From a virus, in IMG/VR virus record IMGVR_UViG_3300046535_001489, positions 6,715-70,714 of that record: a DNA stretch of 64,000 bases; one strand, given 5' to 3'. Made by a program: the position numbers and the translations under genes. This document shows positions 8,711 to 18,326 of the stretch, in pieces (within the stretch, counting starts at the first letter, position 1; every line of letters starts with the position of its first letter). The notes below the pieces were generated by a model that saw only the letters and a list, made by a program, of their open reading frames with translations, ran no database searches and was not told the DNA's origin.

Positions 8711-10488
8711 TGCCTGTCGGTGGATTCGGGCTAGGCTTCAGTGGTGCCCTTGCTGACTACATGGGCCAAGAGCGAGCGAGGAATCGCCAGCTGGAAGATC
8801 AGCAAACTGATTACCAGATGGAGTTGATTAAGTCGCTGGCGGCGAGGCCGGATATTAATGAGCGCCATGAGATTATGGGTCAGGCGATTCATGATTTGAT
8901 GTCGTTGAGTCAGGCGAAGGGCGGGAAGGGTAAGCAGTCGAAGGGCATGGCTGGCATGATGGGGCAGCATGATTTGCCTATTAGCCAGTTTTTGAGTGGG
9001 CTGATTAGCGGTGCGAGGCCAATGGTTGGGCCGACGCAGCAGCCGAATCCTGAGTTGCCGTCTGAGACGACTGGTTCGGCACTGCAGCGCACCCCAGATG
9101 CGGGGGCTCCTACTCCTATGCCACATGCTCCTGCACCGACGGGCGGTGCATCTATTCTTAATGCTCCAGTATCGATGCCTCCGCAGCCTGTAAGTGGCCC
9201 CCCTGAAGGTGTGAGGCTCATCGAGGCTGGCAGAGGCATGCAAGCTCAGGCTGCTATTAATCCTCCGCCGCCTGTGAGGATGCAGGAGCTGCCGAGTGAG
9301 AAGCAGCCCTATTTCATTAGCCCCGAGGAGCGCGCAGGGCGGGCAGGAGACATCAAGCGCACTGAAACCTCCAAGACCCGCGCTCAAGATGTTCAAGATC
9401 GTATGCAGGAGGGACAGCAAATCGGGCTGTCTGGCGCGGAGCTGCGGGATTATGCAGCGACAGGACGCATTCCAACGAGCAGACCAACAGCAGATATTCA
9501 GAACTTTGAGTATGCGAAGGCACAAGGAGCTACTACTCCGCCGCAGCAGCCCCTTTCGGCAGGAGCTACTGGAGCTGCACCGGTAGCACCAATGCCAACC
9601 GCACCCCCAACGCCAACATCTCTTAGAGACTATCAGCAGCAGAAAGCTAATGATAAAAAGCCTGTTGTTAAGGCTCCTGTTGTGGCTCAGCCGCCAACGA
9701 CTACGCCGATTAAAAACTACGAGTATGCCGTGAAGCAAGGGTTCAAAGGCACCTTTGAGCAATGGCAGAAGGAGCAGGCGAATAATAAAATTGTGCAGCC
9801 GCGTGCTGCTGGAGCTGGGGGAGGTGGAACCCTCACCCCAGATGCTGTAGAAATGGCTGCTCAGAGCGTTGCGAAGGGTGGACCGATGCCTGCGCTGGGG
9901 ATGGGTGGGGGCCAGATGCGCTCTCAGATTCTCAACCGGGCAGCGGCGATTTATAAAGGTCTCGATTTGGCTAGCCAAACAGCAGCCTATAAAGCTAATG
10001 TCTCATCGCTGAATAAGCTGCAGCCCCAGGCTGATGCGCTGGAGGCGTTTTCTAATACTGCAGGAAAGAACCTCCAGCAGTTCCTTCAGCAAGCCCAGAA
10101 GATTGTCAGTACTAACTCTCCACTTGTTAACACTCCGCTACGGGCTATTAGTGCTAATGTCTTCGGCGATCCGAATATGGCTGCGTTCAATGCAGCGCGC
10201 ACCGTTGTGCTCCCAGAGTTTGCGAGGATTATTGCTAATCCCAACATGACCGGGGCACTTTCGGATAGCGCACGGCGAGAGATCGAAGGCATCTTGAATG
10301 GGAATGCTACACTCTCGCAAATCACTAGTGTAACAAATATTCTCATGCAGGATGCGGCTAATCGGAGATCCTCTACGCAAGAACAGATTAGAGATATTAA
10401 GAGTAGGATATCGGCTGCACCGGGGTCTGGGGGCGGTGGGCCGTCTAGCCCCGAGCAAGAACTCATGAACTTCCTGAAGGGTAAATAA
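8710..10488 (+). CDS. Internal virion / DNA ejection protein (medium)
   Basis: Pro/Gln low-complexity sequence, repeated N(F/Y)EYA..QG motif and a helical C-terminus with GALSDS.R. Confidence 0.6.
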   Translation: MPVGGFGLGFSGALADYMGQERARNRQLEDQQTDYQMELIKSLAARPDINERHEIMGQAIHDLMSLSQAKGGKGKQSKGMAGMMGQHDLPISQFLSGLISGARPMVGPTQQPNPELPSETTGSALQRTPDAGAPTPMPHAPAPTGGASILNAPVSMPPQPVSGPPEGVRLIEAGRGMQAQAAINPPPPVRMQELPSEKQPYFISPEERAGRAGDIKRTETSKTRAQDVQDRMQEGQQIGLSGAELRDYAATGRIPTSRPTADIQNFEYAKAQGATTPPQQPLSAGATGAAPVAPMPTAPPTPTSLRDYQQQKANDKKPVVKAPVVAQPPTTTPIKNYEYAVKQGFKGTFEQWQKEQANNKIVQPRAAGAGGGGTLTPDAVEMAAQSVAKGGPMPALGMGGGQMRSQILNRAAAIYKGLDLASQTAAYKANVSSLNKLQPQADALEAFSNTAGKNLQQFLQQAQKIVSTNSPLVNTPLRAISANVFGDPNMAAFNAARTVVLPEFARIIANPNMTGALSDSARREIEGILNGNATLSQITSVTNILMQDAANRRSSTQEQIRDIKSRISAAPGSGGGGPSSPEQELMNFLKGK

Positions 10489-12413
10489 TGGCTGACGGAC
10501 CTTTGGATTTGAATCCGGATCGGGTGAGTCAGCTGCTGCATGCGGAGGCGCAGGGGCAGATTCCAGAGCCATGGAAGCCTGTACTGGAGAAGTTGCGAGC
10601 GAGTGGGACGTTGCCGCCTGCGTTGCCGGGGGGTAGTCAGTTGTGGGGCGGTCAGCTGGCGAGCGGGAAGGCTACGAGTGCGTATAAGCCAGAGATTCCT
10701 CCCCCGCCAACTATGAGCCGATTGGGGAGTGCGGCGGCTGAGATTCCAGGGGCTGTGGATGCTGCAAAGTCGGGGATGAAGACGGTCGGGAAGGCTGCGC
10801 TCGATACGATGGCTGACCCAGAGGCGTTGGCATCGACAGCTGGAGGAATAATCGGGGGTGCTGTCGGTAATGCTCCGGGGGCATTTATTGGGGCTGGAAT
10901 GGGTGGGGCAGCAGTAGCGGGAGTGCGTGAGCATCTGGCTGCTACGAGAGAGAACCGCCCTGAGAGCATTGCTCCTGCCGCATCGAGTTTTGTGACGGGG
11001 GCAGCGGCTGAGGGGGCTGGACGGGCGTTGCCACGAATATTTAGCAGCGAGATGACCCCAATGGGAGCGAAAGTTGCTGGCCAGCTCGGCGACAAGGCGA
11101 TGATCCCTGACCTTGTGAATTCGCCAGGGTGGGATTTTGCCCGCAACGTGGCACGCGAGGGGTTTCTGGGCCGGGGTAAGATGTTGGGACGTGAGCAGGA
11201 AAACGCAGGGACGATGCTGGGGAAGGTGACACAGAGGGCTGAGAGGGAGTTGCCGCCGCTTCAGATACCCAAAGTACAGCCAATGTTGAATCCCGATAAG
11301 ACGATGGCTGGGCGCGAAGCTCAAGACCAACTGCGGGATCAATTCGTCACGAAAACCGGCGAAGGTAAAGACCTCTATAGAACTTTCATGGGGCAACACG
11401 GAAACACTCCAATCCAAACCGGCCCTACCTCAGCAACACCACTGAGGAATCTCCACGCTGAACGTAGTGCAGCACTCGAAGATGCTCGGGCTGCTGCAGG
11501 GTCTAATGACTATAAATCCCAAATGGAGGCAATGAGGAGGGTTCATAGAATTTCGGATATGATTGATGCGGCTGACCCTGCGCTGGCAGCGAGATATAAT
11601 GATATTTCTAGGCAGTATGGACAGATTATGGAGCAGTTCGATAATCCGGTTGTGCGAAGCTTACGGGAGAAGGTGCCAGCTGAGAATCTCGTTGATGTCA
11701 TGCTGCATCCTGATAAGTTGAATACGTTTGCTCCGTTTAGGGAGAACACTACAGTAACGGGGAGGTCTATCCCTGCTCATCAGTCAGTTAGCCAAGAAGA
11801 TGCAGTACATATGGTACGGGCTGCGCTTGGGGAAGATAAATTCAGGCAACTCCGTGCTGATACTATTATGCAAATGGGCCAAGCTGCCCGGTCGAGTGAA
11901 CATGGAACCATTGAAGGACTCCAAGGCCGTGAACTCGTCGGTCAGCTAAAAAAGCTCCCACCGGGGGTGCAAACCGCCCTCTTCGGGCCGGGAACTTCTC
12001 AGGCATTAAATGATATTGCTGAGGTCACAGCGCACACGCAGCGAACCCGCAGTGGAACTGGAGCACTGTGGATTGTCATGCGCCAGCCGTCGGAAATGCT
12101 GAAGGTTGGGGGTGGAGTGATGGGGGCGGCAGGGTTAGCAGCAGGGTCGGGCTATAAAACCGGCCACGAAGACCTTGGGTTGACAACTGCCGGGGCTATT
12201 CTGCTGTCGCCGCTGGTGCTGTCAAATATCTTGAGAAGCTCCACCGCCACGAAGCTATTCGTCCGAGCTATCGGTTCGCAGCCAACCGTAAAGGCTAAAA
12301 TCCTCCAGCGGCTCGCCACTCAAATCCCAGCTGAGGCTATTCGGGAGCAGACTCCCTATGCCGATGGCGGAAATGATTTAGGTAATGGACTCCCCAACCC
12401 CCCAGGACAATAA
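10488..12413 (+). CDS. Internal virion / DNA ejection protein (large)
   Basis: Gly/Ala-rich membrane-like segments (GGIIGGAVG...GAGMGGAA) in a long helical body. Third gene of the ejection cluster. Confidence 0.6.
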   Translation: MADGPLDLNPDRVSQLLHAEAQGQIPEPWKPVLEKLRASGTLPPALPGGSQLWGGQLASGKATSAYKPEIPPPPTMSRLGSAAAEIPGAVDAAKSGMKTVGKAALDTMADPEALASTAGGIIGGAVGNAPGAFIGAGMGGAAVAGVREHLAATRENRPESIAPAASSFVTGAAAEGAGRALPRIFSSEMTPMGAKVAGQLGDKAMIPDLVNSPGWDFARNVAREGFLGRGKMLGREQENAGTMLGKVTQRAERELPPLQIPKVQPMLNPDKTMAGREAQDQLRDQFVTKTGEGKDLYRTFMGQHGNTPIQTGPTSATPLRNLHAERSAALEDARAAAGSNDYKSQMEAMRRVHRISDMIDAADPALAARYNDISRQYGQIMEQFDNPVVRSLREKVPAENLVDVMLHPDKLNTFAPFRENTTVTGRSIPAHQSVSQEDAVHMVRAALGEDKFRQLRADTIMQMGQAARSSEHGTIEGLQGRELVGQLKKLPPGVQTALFGPGTSQALNDIAEVTAHTQRTRSGTGALWIVMRQPSEMLKVGGGVMGAAGLAAGSGYKTGHEDLGLTTAGAILLSPLVLSNILRSSTATKLFVRAIGSQPTVKAKILQRLATQIPAEAIREQTPYADGGNDLGNGLPNPPGQ

Positions 12414-12414
12414 C

Positions 12415-12744
12415 ATGGAAAACGCCGTTCCGTTTTCTCTCTTTTACCAAGAGATGCAGAATTTGCGGGCTGCAATGCTGGAAATGCACAAGAGCCAGCG
12501 TGCGGCTATTGAGGAGGGGTTTGAGAACCTAGGGGCAAAGCTAGAGGCCCACGAGAAGGAAGATTTGGTCGTGGCTAATCGAGTGTTGCTCATTGAGGAG
12601 CGCCAGAGGGTTGATAAGGAGCTGAAGATTGAAGCCCTCGACAAAGCCAACCGGCGTAGCACCCTTATTAGCTCAGTGGTAGCTGTTGGCGTCACCATTG
12701 CTTTCAAAGCCCTCGATTGGTTTCGCGCTAGCCCTCTTCACTAA
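12415..12744 (+). CDS. Coiled-coil protein with a C-terminal transmembrane helix (possibly lysis-associated)
   Basis: Heptads followed by LISSVVAVGVTIAF. Start at ATG 12415 after AGGA. Confidence 0.5.
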   Translation: MENAVPFSLFYQEMQNLRAAMLEMHKSQRAAIEEGFENLGAKLEAHEKEDLVVANRVLLIEERQRVDKELKIEALDKANRRSTLISSVVAVGVTIAFKALDWFRASPLH

Positions 12745-12812
12745 CCCCAAAAGGATACTATGGATGAGATGATAGTTGGCATTGCTTTTGCAGCAGTGAG
12801 TGGCGAAGCTCC

Positions 12813-13226
12813 ATGAATGACATTGAGGAGGGCGATGCGCTGCCGGTGCTGCGGGTGGTCACAGCGAGAGACTGTGGCGACTGCGGAGTGTGCTGCCTAG
12901 CGATGATTTTGGGATATAGCTATGAGGATATCTTTGCAGTGGCTGTTGGGGTCACGCAGAATGTCGAGGTTCACACCGCTGGCATGTGGATTCGGCAGAT
13001 TGTGAAGATTGCTGAGATTCTTGGGGTGACGCTGCATCGACGCAGGAAGTGGGATTTGGAGACGAGCTGCGGGATTCTCAGCCTCCACAACACCAAACGA
13101 AACCTCGGGCATGTCGTGGTGCTGAAGAATGGCATGATTTTTGATGTGGATGGGACGGTGTGGGAGGCATCGGTGTATCTTGAGAACTCGGCCTATGCTG
13201 TGAAGTCGCTGTTAACCTTAACATAA
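12813..13226 (+). CDS. C39-like cysteine peptidase
   Basis: DCGVCCLAMILG...HVVVLKNG.IFD gives a Cys-His-Asp arrangement. Confidence 0.7.
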   Translation: MNDIEEGDALPVLRVVTARDCGDCGVCCLAMILGYSYEDIFAVAVGVTQNVEVHTAGMWIRQIVKIAEILGVTLHRRRKWDLETSCGILSLHNTKRNLGHVVVLKNGMIFDVDGTVWEASVYLENSAYAVKSLLTLT

Positions 13227-13234
13227 AGGATTCT

Positions 13235-13972
13235 ATGGCCCTTGAACCGCTGTTGCTTGTGCCGGATAGTCACCATCCGTATGCTGATATGAAGGCGTGG
13301 GGGTTGATGTTGAAGGTAGGGAGGGCGCTCAAGCCGCAGCATATTTACTGCATTGGAGATTTGCTGGACTTTTATAGCGTGAGCAGCTACAGCAAAGATC
13401 CAGCGCGTAAAGCGAGCCTCGGGGCTGAAGTTGCTGCTGGAAATGAAGCAATGGATGCGCTCGACGCCTTGAAGGCGAAGCATAAGACCTTTATAGCGGG
13501 TAATCATGAGGACCGGCTGCAGCGGCACCTGCAGGATAAAGATCCACAGCTGTTGGAGTTTGTGGATGTAGCTAAGCTGCTGAGGTTAAAGGAGAGGGGA
13601 TGGAAATATGTTCCTTATCGTAGCCATTGCAAGCTTGGGAAGCTTAATCTTACTCACGATGTGGGTAATGCAGGGCGCTTCTCAACCTATAAAGCTCTTG
13701 ATACCTTTCAGCATAGTGTGGTCACTGGCCACGCTCATCGGATGTCATATGTTGTCGAGGGGAATGCTGTAGGGGAAGTGAAGTTGAGCGCGCAGTTTGG
13801 GTGGCTGGGGGATGCCAGCAAAGTGGACTACATGCAGAAGATCAATGTGCTGAAGAACTGGGCGCTAGGGTTTGGCATTGGTTATTTTGACGCGGCCACT
13901 GGGATCGTGTATATGACCCCAGTGCCGATTGTGAATTACTCGTGTGTGGTGAATGGACGACTCTTTAAGTAA
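13235..13972 (+). CDS. Calcineurin-like metallophosphoesterase
   Basis: DSH, GDLLD, GNHE, THD and GHAH motifs. Confidence 0.9.
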   Translation: MALEPLLLVPDSHHPYADMKAWGLMLKVGRALKPQHIYCIGDLLDFYSVSSYSKDPARKASLGAEVAAGNEAMDALDALKAKHKTFIAGNHEDRLQRHLQDKDPQLLEFVDVAKLLRLKERGWKYVPYRSHCKLGKLNLTHDVGNAGRFSTYKALDTFQHSVVTGHAHRMSYVVEGNAVGEVKLSAQFGWLGDASKVDYMQKINVLKNWALGFGIGYFDAATGIVYMTPVPIVNYSCVVNGRLFK

Positions 13973-14190
13973 GCTATAAAGGGGTCAGGTTTAAGCCAGT
14001 TTTCAGCAAGCTGCGGACGGATATGATCCATAACAGCCTTATTTACAGACTCTAGTGTGCCGATTTCATGATCAAAGCAGTGGCCATAGGAGCACTGCTC
14101 AGATGCCCACCCAGGCATTCGGGGAGCAATGCGATAGAATCTACGGCGCTTACCGCATTCTTGGCAGAGTTTAATAGTGTATTTTTGCAT
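13936..14190 (-). CDS. Hypothetical zinc-ribbon protein (last gene of the minus arm)
   Basis: CQEC...CSYGH. Converges on and overlaps the phosphoesterase gene. Confidence 0.5.
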   Translation of the reverse strand: MQKYTIKLCQECGKRRRFYRIAPRMPGWASEQCSYGHCFDHEIGTLESVNKAVMDHIRPQLAENWLKPDPFIAYLKSRPFTTHE

Positions 14191-14225
14191 AGTGAGACTC
14201 TAACTGCCAATTCAGGCTTTCGCCT

Positions 14226-14516
14226 TCATTCTAAATAGTAACTGCACCACAGTCCAGCATACATTACCAGATCCATCCGGCTATCCTGAATTGACTCATT
14301 ATTGGGCTGCTTGCCTTTCGTAAGTAGCTCTTTTAATCTAGCGAGTTTGATTCCAATCATTACAGTAAATACAGTATCAATAGAACATCCCGCAACTGCT
14401 GCAGCCTCCTTAAAATTACTGTATGAATCGCTATCGGCAGCGTAGTCTGCATTCTTTTTGGCATGGAGTTCTCCCATCTGATATAGCAGAGCATCAAATT
14501 TCGGGTTAGCTGCCAT
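14226..14516 (-). CDS. Nucleotide-modification-associated domain protein (DUF1599/Nmad1-like)
   Basis: KKNADYA...NF...IKLARL...ESIQDSRMDLVMYA. GGAGGG RBS before ATG 14516. Confidence 0.75.
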   Translation of the reverse strand: MAANPKFDALLYQMGELHAKKNADYAADSDSYSNFKEAAAVAGCSIDTVFTVMIGIKLARLKELLTKGKQPNNESIQDSRMDLVMYAGLWCSYYLE

Positions 14517-15051
14517 AAAGCCCTCCAAATATACTCCTAAACTCATACTCCACATCAATCGGTGCTTGTGGCATGATGCGATACCTCGTATCGGGCTTCA
14601 CCAAATCCCACTCACTCACATCCCCCATCAACTGATGCGCTTCGATGCTAAGGGCCATCTGGTCAGCTTCGTGGACAGCTGGAGGCATTTCAGTTGGCAG
14701 CTCGAACTTCTGACAAATCACTGCCATGAGATCCTTCTCGCACTGACGGTAGGCGTGGAACTCAGGAAGGTGCTTCACTGGACGAGCCACATCAATGAGA
14801 TAAGCCTCTGAAGCATCATGGAGAAGGCCCCATAGGCAGATATGGTCAGGTTTGGCTTGGTCATGAAGTAGTAATGATACAAGTAATGAGTGCTGTGCCA
14901 CAGAATAGAAGTAACGAGTGTGGCCAGTGAAGCGGCACTGAAGGCTGAGGGCGTGGGCGATGTCGGCAATGGCGATATCCTCCGGTTTGGCATTGAGGGG
15001 GTAGACCTTTTTGCCTGAGTAAGTGTGCACCCAAGATGGGTCATGTGACAT
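14506..15051 (-). CDS. HD-domain 5'-deoxynucleotidase (YfdR/YfbR-like)
   Basis: DIAHALS.QCRFTGH, YSVAQHS, GLLHDASEAY..DV.RPVK and EAD...E motifs. Confidence 0.9.
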   Translation of the reverse strand: MSHDPSWVHTYSGKKVYPLNAKPEDIAIADIAHALSLQCRFTGHTRYFYSVAQHSLLVSLLLHDQAKPDHICLWGLLHDASEAYLIDVARPVKHLPEFHAYRQCEKDLMAVICQKFELPTEMPPAVHEADQMALSIEAHQLMGDVSEWDLVKPDTRYRIMPQAPIDVEYEFRSIFGGLYGS

Positions 15052-15052
15052 C

Positions 15053-15631
15053 TTAGTGCTCCCTAGGTACAGTAGGATCTGGAATATCAGTATTGACAAT
15101 CCTAATAGCCGGTGCCCGCCAGCAAGTTGGGCTTCCCCAGCGGCAGATGTTCACTGGCAACTCCTCATTACCTGGCTCACGAAATAGCCCCTCACCTTGG
15201 AAGTAGGTGGGCGAGAAGAAATTGAGAGGGAAGCATTCGAGCAGGGTGCAAGGTTCTGGGGTCCAGTTGTCAGCGTAGCTCAGCCACACGTCGATGTTGC
15301 CGACACGGTAGACCAGTTCCCACTCGACGCCATGATTGCCGCTCCGCTGTCCTAGGAGAGTCTGATGGCGGTCAAAGATAGGCTGTTGGCGACCATCGAT
15401 AGTAATAAGCACCACGGGCATCGAAGAAGGCGGCAAGTTGAAGTTAAACTGCTGGGTTTGTGTGAAGGTGACGCTCTCACCAGCTGCGAGGGTCACGGGA
15501 AACTGCCAATTGAGTGCTGCGCCTTCGTAAATATCCCATCCTGATGCCAAGCTCACATCCTGAACAGTAAACTGCTGTGCGCTTGCGAACGGTGCCAACA
15601 TCAACATCGCGATAACCAATAGTGTTCTCAT
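15053..15631 (-). CDS. Secreted beta-rich protein
   Basis: Sec signal MRTLLVIAMLMLAPFASA with an AxA cleavage site. GGAG RBS. Confidence 0.7.
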   Translation of the reverse strand: MRTLLVIAMLMLAPFASAQQFTVQDVSLASGWDIYEGAALNWQFPVTLAAGESVTFTQTQQFNFNLPPSSMPVVLITIDGRQQPIFDRHQTLLGQRSGNHGVEWELVYRVGNIDVWLSYADNWTPEPCTLLECFPLNFFSPTYFQGEGLFREPGNEELPVNICRWGSPTCWRAPAIRIVNTDIPDPTVPREH

Positions 15632-15870
15632 CGATTCTCCTTGGTAGCTGAATGGGTAACTTCGCTAATGTCTATGTAGACAATAGCAGCGGGTGGATAG
15701 AGTCTTCGCTCGGCCCAGATGCCGACTTTCATACAGCGTTCTGCTTCGGCTTCGGCGTCGTCGCGGGTGTCGAAGGGGCCGCGCTTGACGGTGTTCATGT
15801 CGATGTTGGCGAGGAGCCACCATTCGGCGAGGGTAGCTTGCATCTTTTTATTGCCTTGCTTGGGCATCAT
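15628..15870 (-). CDS. Hypothetical protein
   Basis: ATGA-coupled ORF containing GPFDTRDDAE. Confidence 0.55.
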   Translation of the reverse strand: MMPKQGNKKMQATLAEWWLLANIDMNTVKRGPFDTRDDAEAEAERCMKVGIWAERRLYPPAAIVYIDISEVTHSATKENR

Positions 15871-16061
15871 TGCATCTCCAGTGTAATGATTGTATGGATG
15901 AGTTGCAGCACAGCAAGGATTTCTTGGTTAGTTGCTGTCTCAGCCTTGAGAGTCCGCAGCACTCCCTCAGCTGTGTTAAACAAGTCAGTCACATCGTTTT
16001 CCATCTCTCTCCTTTGCATTCCACTAATTGTTTCAGACCAGAAGGCGTCGTTGTAGCTCAC
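15867..16061 (-). CDS. Hypothetical protein
   Basis: Coupled ORF in the operon. Confidence 0.5.
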   Translation of the reverse strand: MSYNDAFWSETISGMQRREMENDVTDLFNTAEGVLRTLKAETATNQEILAVLQLIHTIITLEMQ

Positions 16062-16282
16062 TGAGCTTCCCAGTAGGCATTGTTGCTCAAATAGCTACAT
16101 CCACACCAGCGTTGAATAGAGTTCGTATGCATCCCCCGCATCGCTGTTTGAGTGAGGTCCATGCGAGTGCAGTAGTCCCAGCTGCCGTCTGCTCGCTCCC
16201 AAACCTCATAGAGAAGGTGTTGAGGATAGTTTGGGCCATAGATATCGTCGCAGTGGCACCAGACGAGGTGTAGGTAGCTCAT
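16058..16282 (-). CDS. Hypothetical protein
   Basis: ATGA overlap with the polymerase stop codon. Confidence 0.45.
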   Translation of the reverse strand: MSYLHLVWCHCDDIYGPNYPQHLLYEVWERADGSWDYCTRMDLTQTAMRGMHTNSIQRWCGCSYLSNNAYWEAQ

Positions 16283-18207
16283 TTCATCTCTCCCCAGCAA
16301 ACTCCACGCTTACTCTCTGTTCCTATATGCAAGAATTGGCCCAACCCCCAGGAGGGGTCCAATGGCAGCTCCTCCACGGGCTTCTCCATTTCAAACTTCA
16401 TTGTCTCGTCGCAGTAGTCAGCTTGGTCGATCGGGCATTCGGCAAAGTTGCTATCGTGGATGAGTAGGCGTAGCCATTGGGCGATGGTGTCAGGGTAGTT
16501 GTAGTAGAGACGCTTCAGGGCCTTTTTGATGATAAAGGCTGCATCGCTTTGAGGACCGGCAGCAATGAGGCGCTTGGCATCGTCACCGTAATCCCAATCC
16601 CATTTGCCTTGCTTCTTGCTCCACGCCAGTACGCTGTAGAATCGCTGAATGTGCCCAAAGGAGTTTTTGTACACACAGCTTTTATCAACCTGTAAGCAGA
16701 GGCGCTCGTGCCACGCAGGGATTTCTGGGAAGACTTCGTAATAGTCTGCTCGCCCTCTAGCAGCATCCTTAATACGATGAAAGACTGTAGGATGCTGTTC
16801 ACTTAGCTCTTTAGGGCCAATGCGGTAATTGCTGCTATGAACTATGATCTTCGCCACAGTACGTTCATTCGGGTAGGTCTTCTTAATCTGCTTGAGGTAA
16901 GCCCCAAGGTCAGCATCACTCCACGCGAGGTTAGGGAGGTCAGCAGCTGTGAATCGGCCTTGCCTGTAGAGGTTATAAGCTGTCAAATAGCTGTGGACAT
17001 CGATGGCTGCAAGCCGGATGTAGTCTTTGCTGCCACAATGGTAGCCTACGAGCTTGGCTTCGATGCCGCTGAAGTCTCGTTCGATGAAGATGTGGCCCTG
17101 CTGAGCTACAAAAAGCATCTTCACGAGCTTCTGAATATCCGAATCGTCGCCACGAGGGATGTTCTGCAGATTAGGGCTGACCATACTAGAGCGGAGAGTG
17201 CTAGGGGTATGTCTAAAAATTCCCCTGACACGCCCATCGCGTCCAACAGGAAATCCACCAGCGATAGCGCCGGAAGCCACATCATACCACCCAATATAGC
17301 GCGAGCCGATGGTGCTAAGTTCACGTTCTTCTAAAACCCATTCGTAGAATTTGTGGTCGGGGTGACGGCCTATGAGTTTCGACACCGCCTTTTCATCGCA
17401 TGTAACTTTGCGGTCGGCCCCTTTGCCGGTGATGATGAGGGGGTGTTTGAAGTATTGTTGATAACGCTGTATCCCCTTTGTGCTAGCCTTAAACGGCTCC
17501 AGCCTAGCCCACCGCTTTTCACCTTCTACAACTTCGACGCTGGAGGCTCCAGCGCATCGATTTGTTTCTGTGCGAACTTCAATACCTTCGCTACATGGAT
17601 TGTTGCTTCGCTTTCGGGTAGCGGTATGTTTAGCTGTCCACTTGGCTCCACAAACGGAGCATGTGCGGGCCAGCTTCGATTTATAATGAGCCTTTTTTGG
17701 ATCTCTTTCCGCACATCTAGAGCATTCTTGATGTGAGACGGCTCCCAAGGTGATTTCCGTGAGTCCACTAACATCTGCTGGGGTTTTGACGTATCCATTG
17801 GGTGGAGAATAGACCCGAATAGCGTTTGGAACCACTGCTTCAATTTTAGCCCTAACTTCATGACGTTTCTCTATAAGTTGTTTGGACGATTCGACTCGGC
17901 GGGCGAGGTCAACGGGCATGCCTGCTCGGGTCATGGCTGAGAAGACTGGATCGAGTTCACAGATGAATTCGTTGTAGATGTTCCACATGCCGTGTTGCTT
18001 GAGGAGTTTCATGATGCCCCGAGCGTTTTGGCCTGCTGTGGAGGCATCTACGGCGTTGTAGTAGGCTGGGGAGCTGCCAGATTCATTCTTCCACATGCGC
18101 TGGCCGTGGCAGATGAAGGGGGTGACAAAGCCCAATGACTTCTTGAGGTCGCTGTTGAGGATATGCCACATATCCATGCCATCGTGGTTGGTGCCGTTAA
18201 TGATCAT
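16279..18207 (-). CDS. Family A DNA polymerase, C-terminal part (second half of the 3'-5' exonuclease plus the polymerase domain)
   Basis: HDGMDMWH and YNAVD (ExoIII); SPNLQNIPR; motif A DFSGIEAK; motif B RTVAKIIVHSSNY; motif C LIHDS. Confidence 0.92.
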   Translation of the reverse strand: MIINGTNHDGMDMWHILNSDLKKSLGFVTPFICHGQRMWKNESGSSPAYYNAVDASTAGQNARGIMKLLKQHGMWNIYNEFICELDPVFSAMTRAGMPVDLARRVESSKQLIEKRHEVRAKIEAVVPNAIRVYSPPNGYVKTPADVSGLTEITLGAVSHQECSRCAERDPKKAHYKSKLARTCSVCGAKWTAKHTATRKRSNNPCSEGIEVRTETNRCAGASSVEVVEGEKRWARLEPFKASTKGIQRYQQYFKHPLIITGKGADRKVTCDEKAVSKLIGRHPDHKFYEWVLEERELSTIGSRYIGWYDVASGAIAGGFPVGRDGRVRGIFRHTPSTLRSSMVSPNLQNIPRGDDSDIQKLVKMLFVAQQGHIFIERDFSGIEAKLVGYHCGSKDYIRLAAIDVHSYLTAYNLYRQGRFTAADLPNLAWSDADLGAYLKQIKKTYPNERTVAKIIVHSSNYRIGPKELSEQHPTVFHRIKDAARGRADYYEVFPEIPAWHERLCLQVDKSCVYKNSFGHIQRFYSVLAWSKKQGKWDWDYGDDAKRLIAAGPQSDAAFIIKKALKRLYYNYPDTIAQWLRLLIHDSNFAECPIDQADYCDETMKFEMEKPVEELPLDPSWGLGQFLHIGTESKRGVCWGEMK

Positions 18208-18326
18208 AATTGTTTTATCTTACGCATATGCCCACCACACTTAGTACACCGAGGTCCAGCTCCCCCTCCAGAAGGCCCTGCTAATGATTTAGTAACTATA
18301 GTCCCGCAATTATCGCATTTCCACAT
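18204..18326 (-). CDS. 40-aa zinc-ribbon micro-protein inserted inside the polymerase gene (not in the ORF track)
   Basis: Translates as MWKCDNCGTIVTKSLAGPSGGGAGPRCTKCGGHMRKIKQL*. TAATG overlap upstream and ATGA overlap downstream. Confidence 0.75.
   Translation of the reverse strand: MWKCDNCGTIVTKSLAGPSGGGAGPRCTKCGGHMRKIKQL

Noticed and set aside
8731-11417. Long antisense ORFs (8731-9978, 10086-11417; likewise 32447-33262, 49871-50545, 53630-54724)
   Set aside because: They are shadows of well-supported genes on the opposite strand, with no motifs or RBS.
18208-18325. Group I/II intron or intein in the polymerase
   Set aside because: The gap is only about 120 nt, shows no intron core or intein motifs, and is filled by a coupled ORF.
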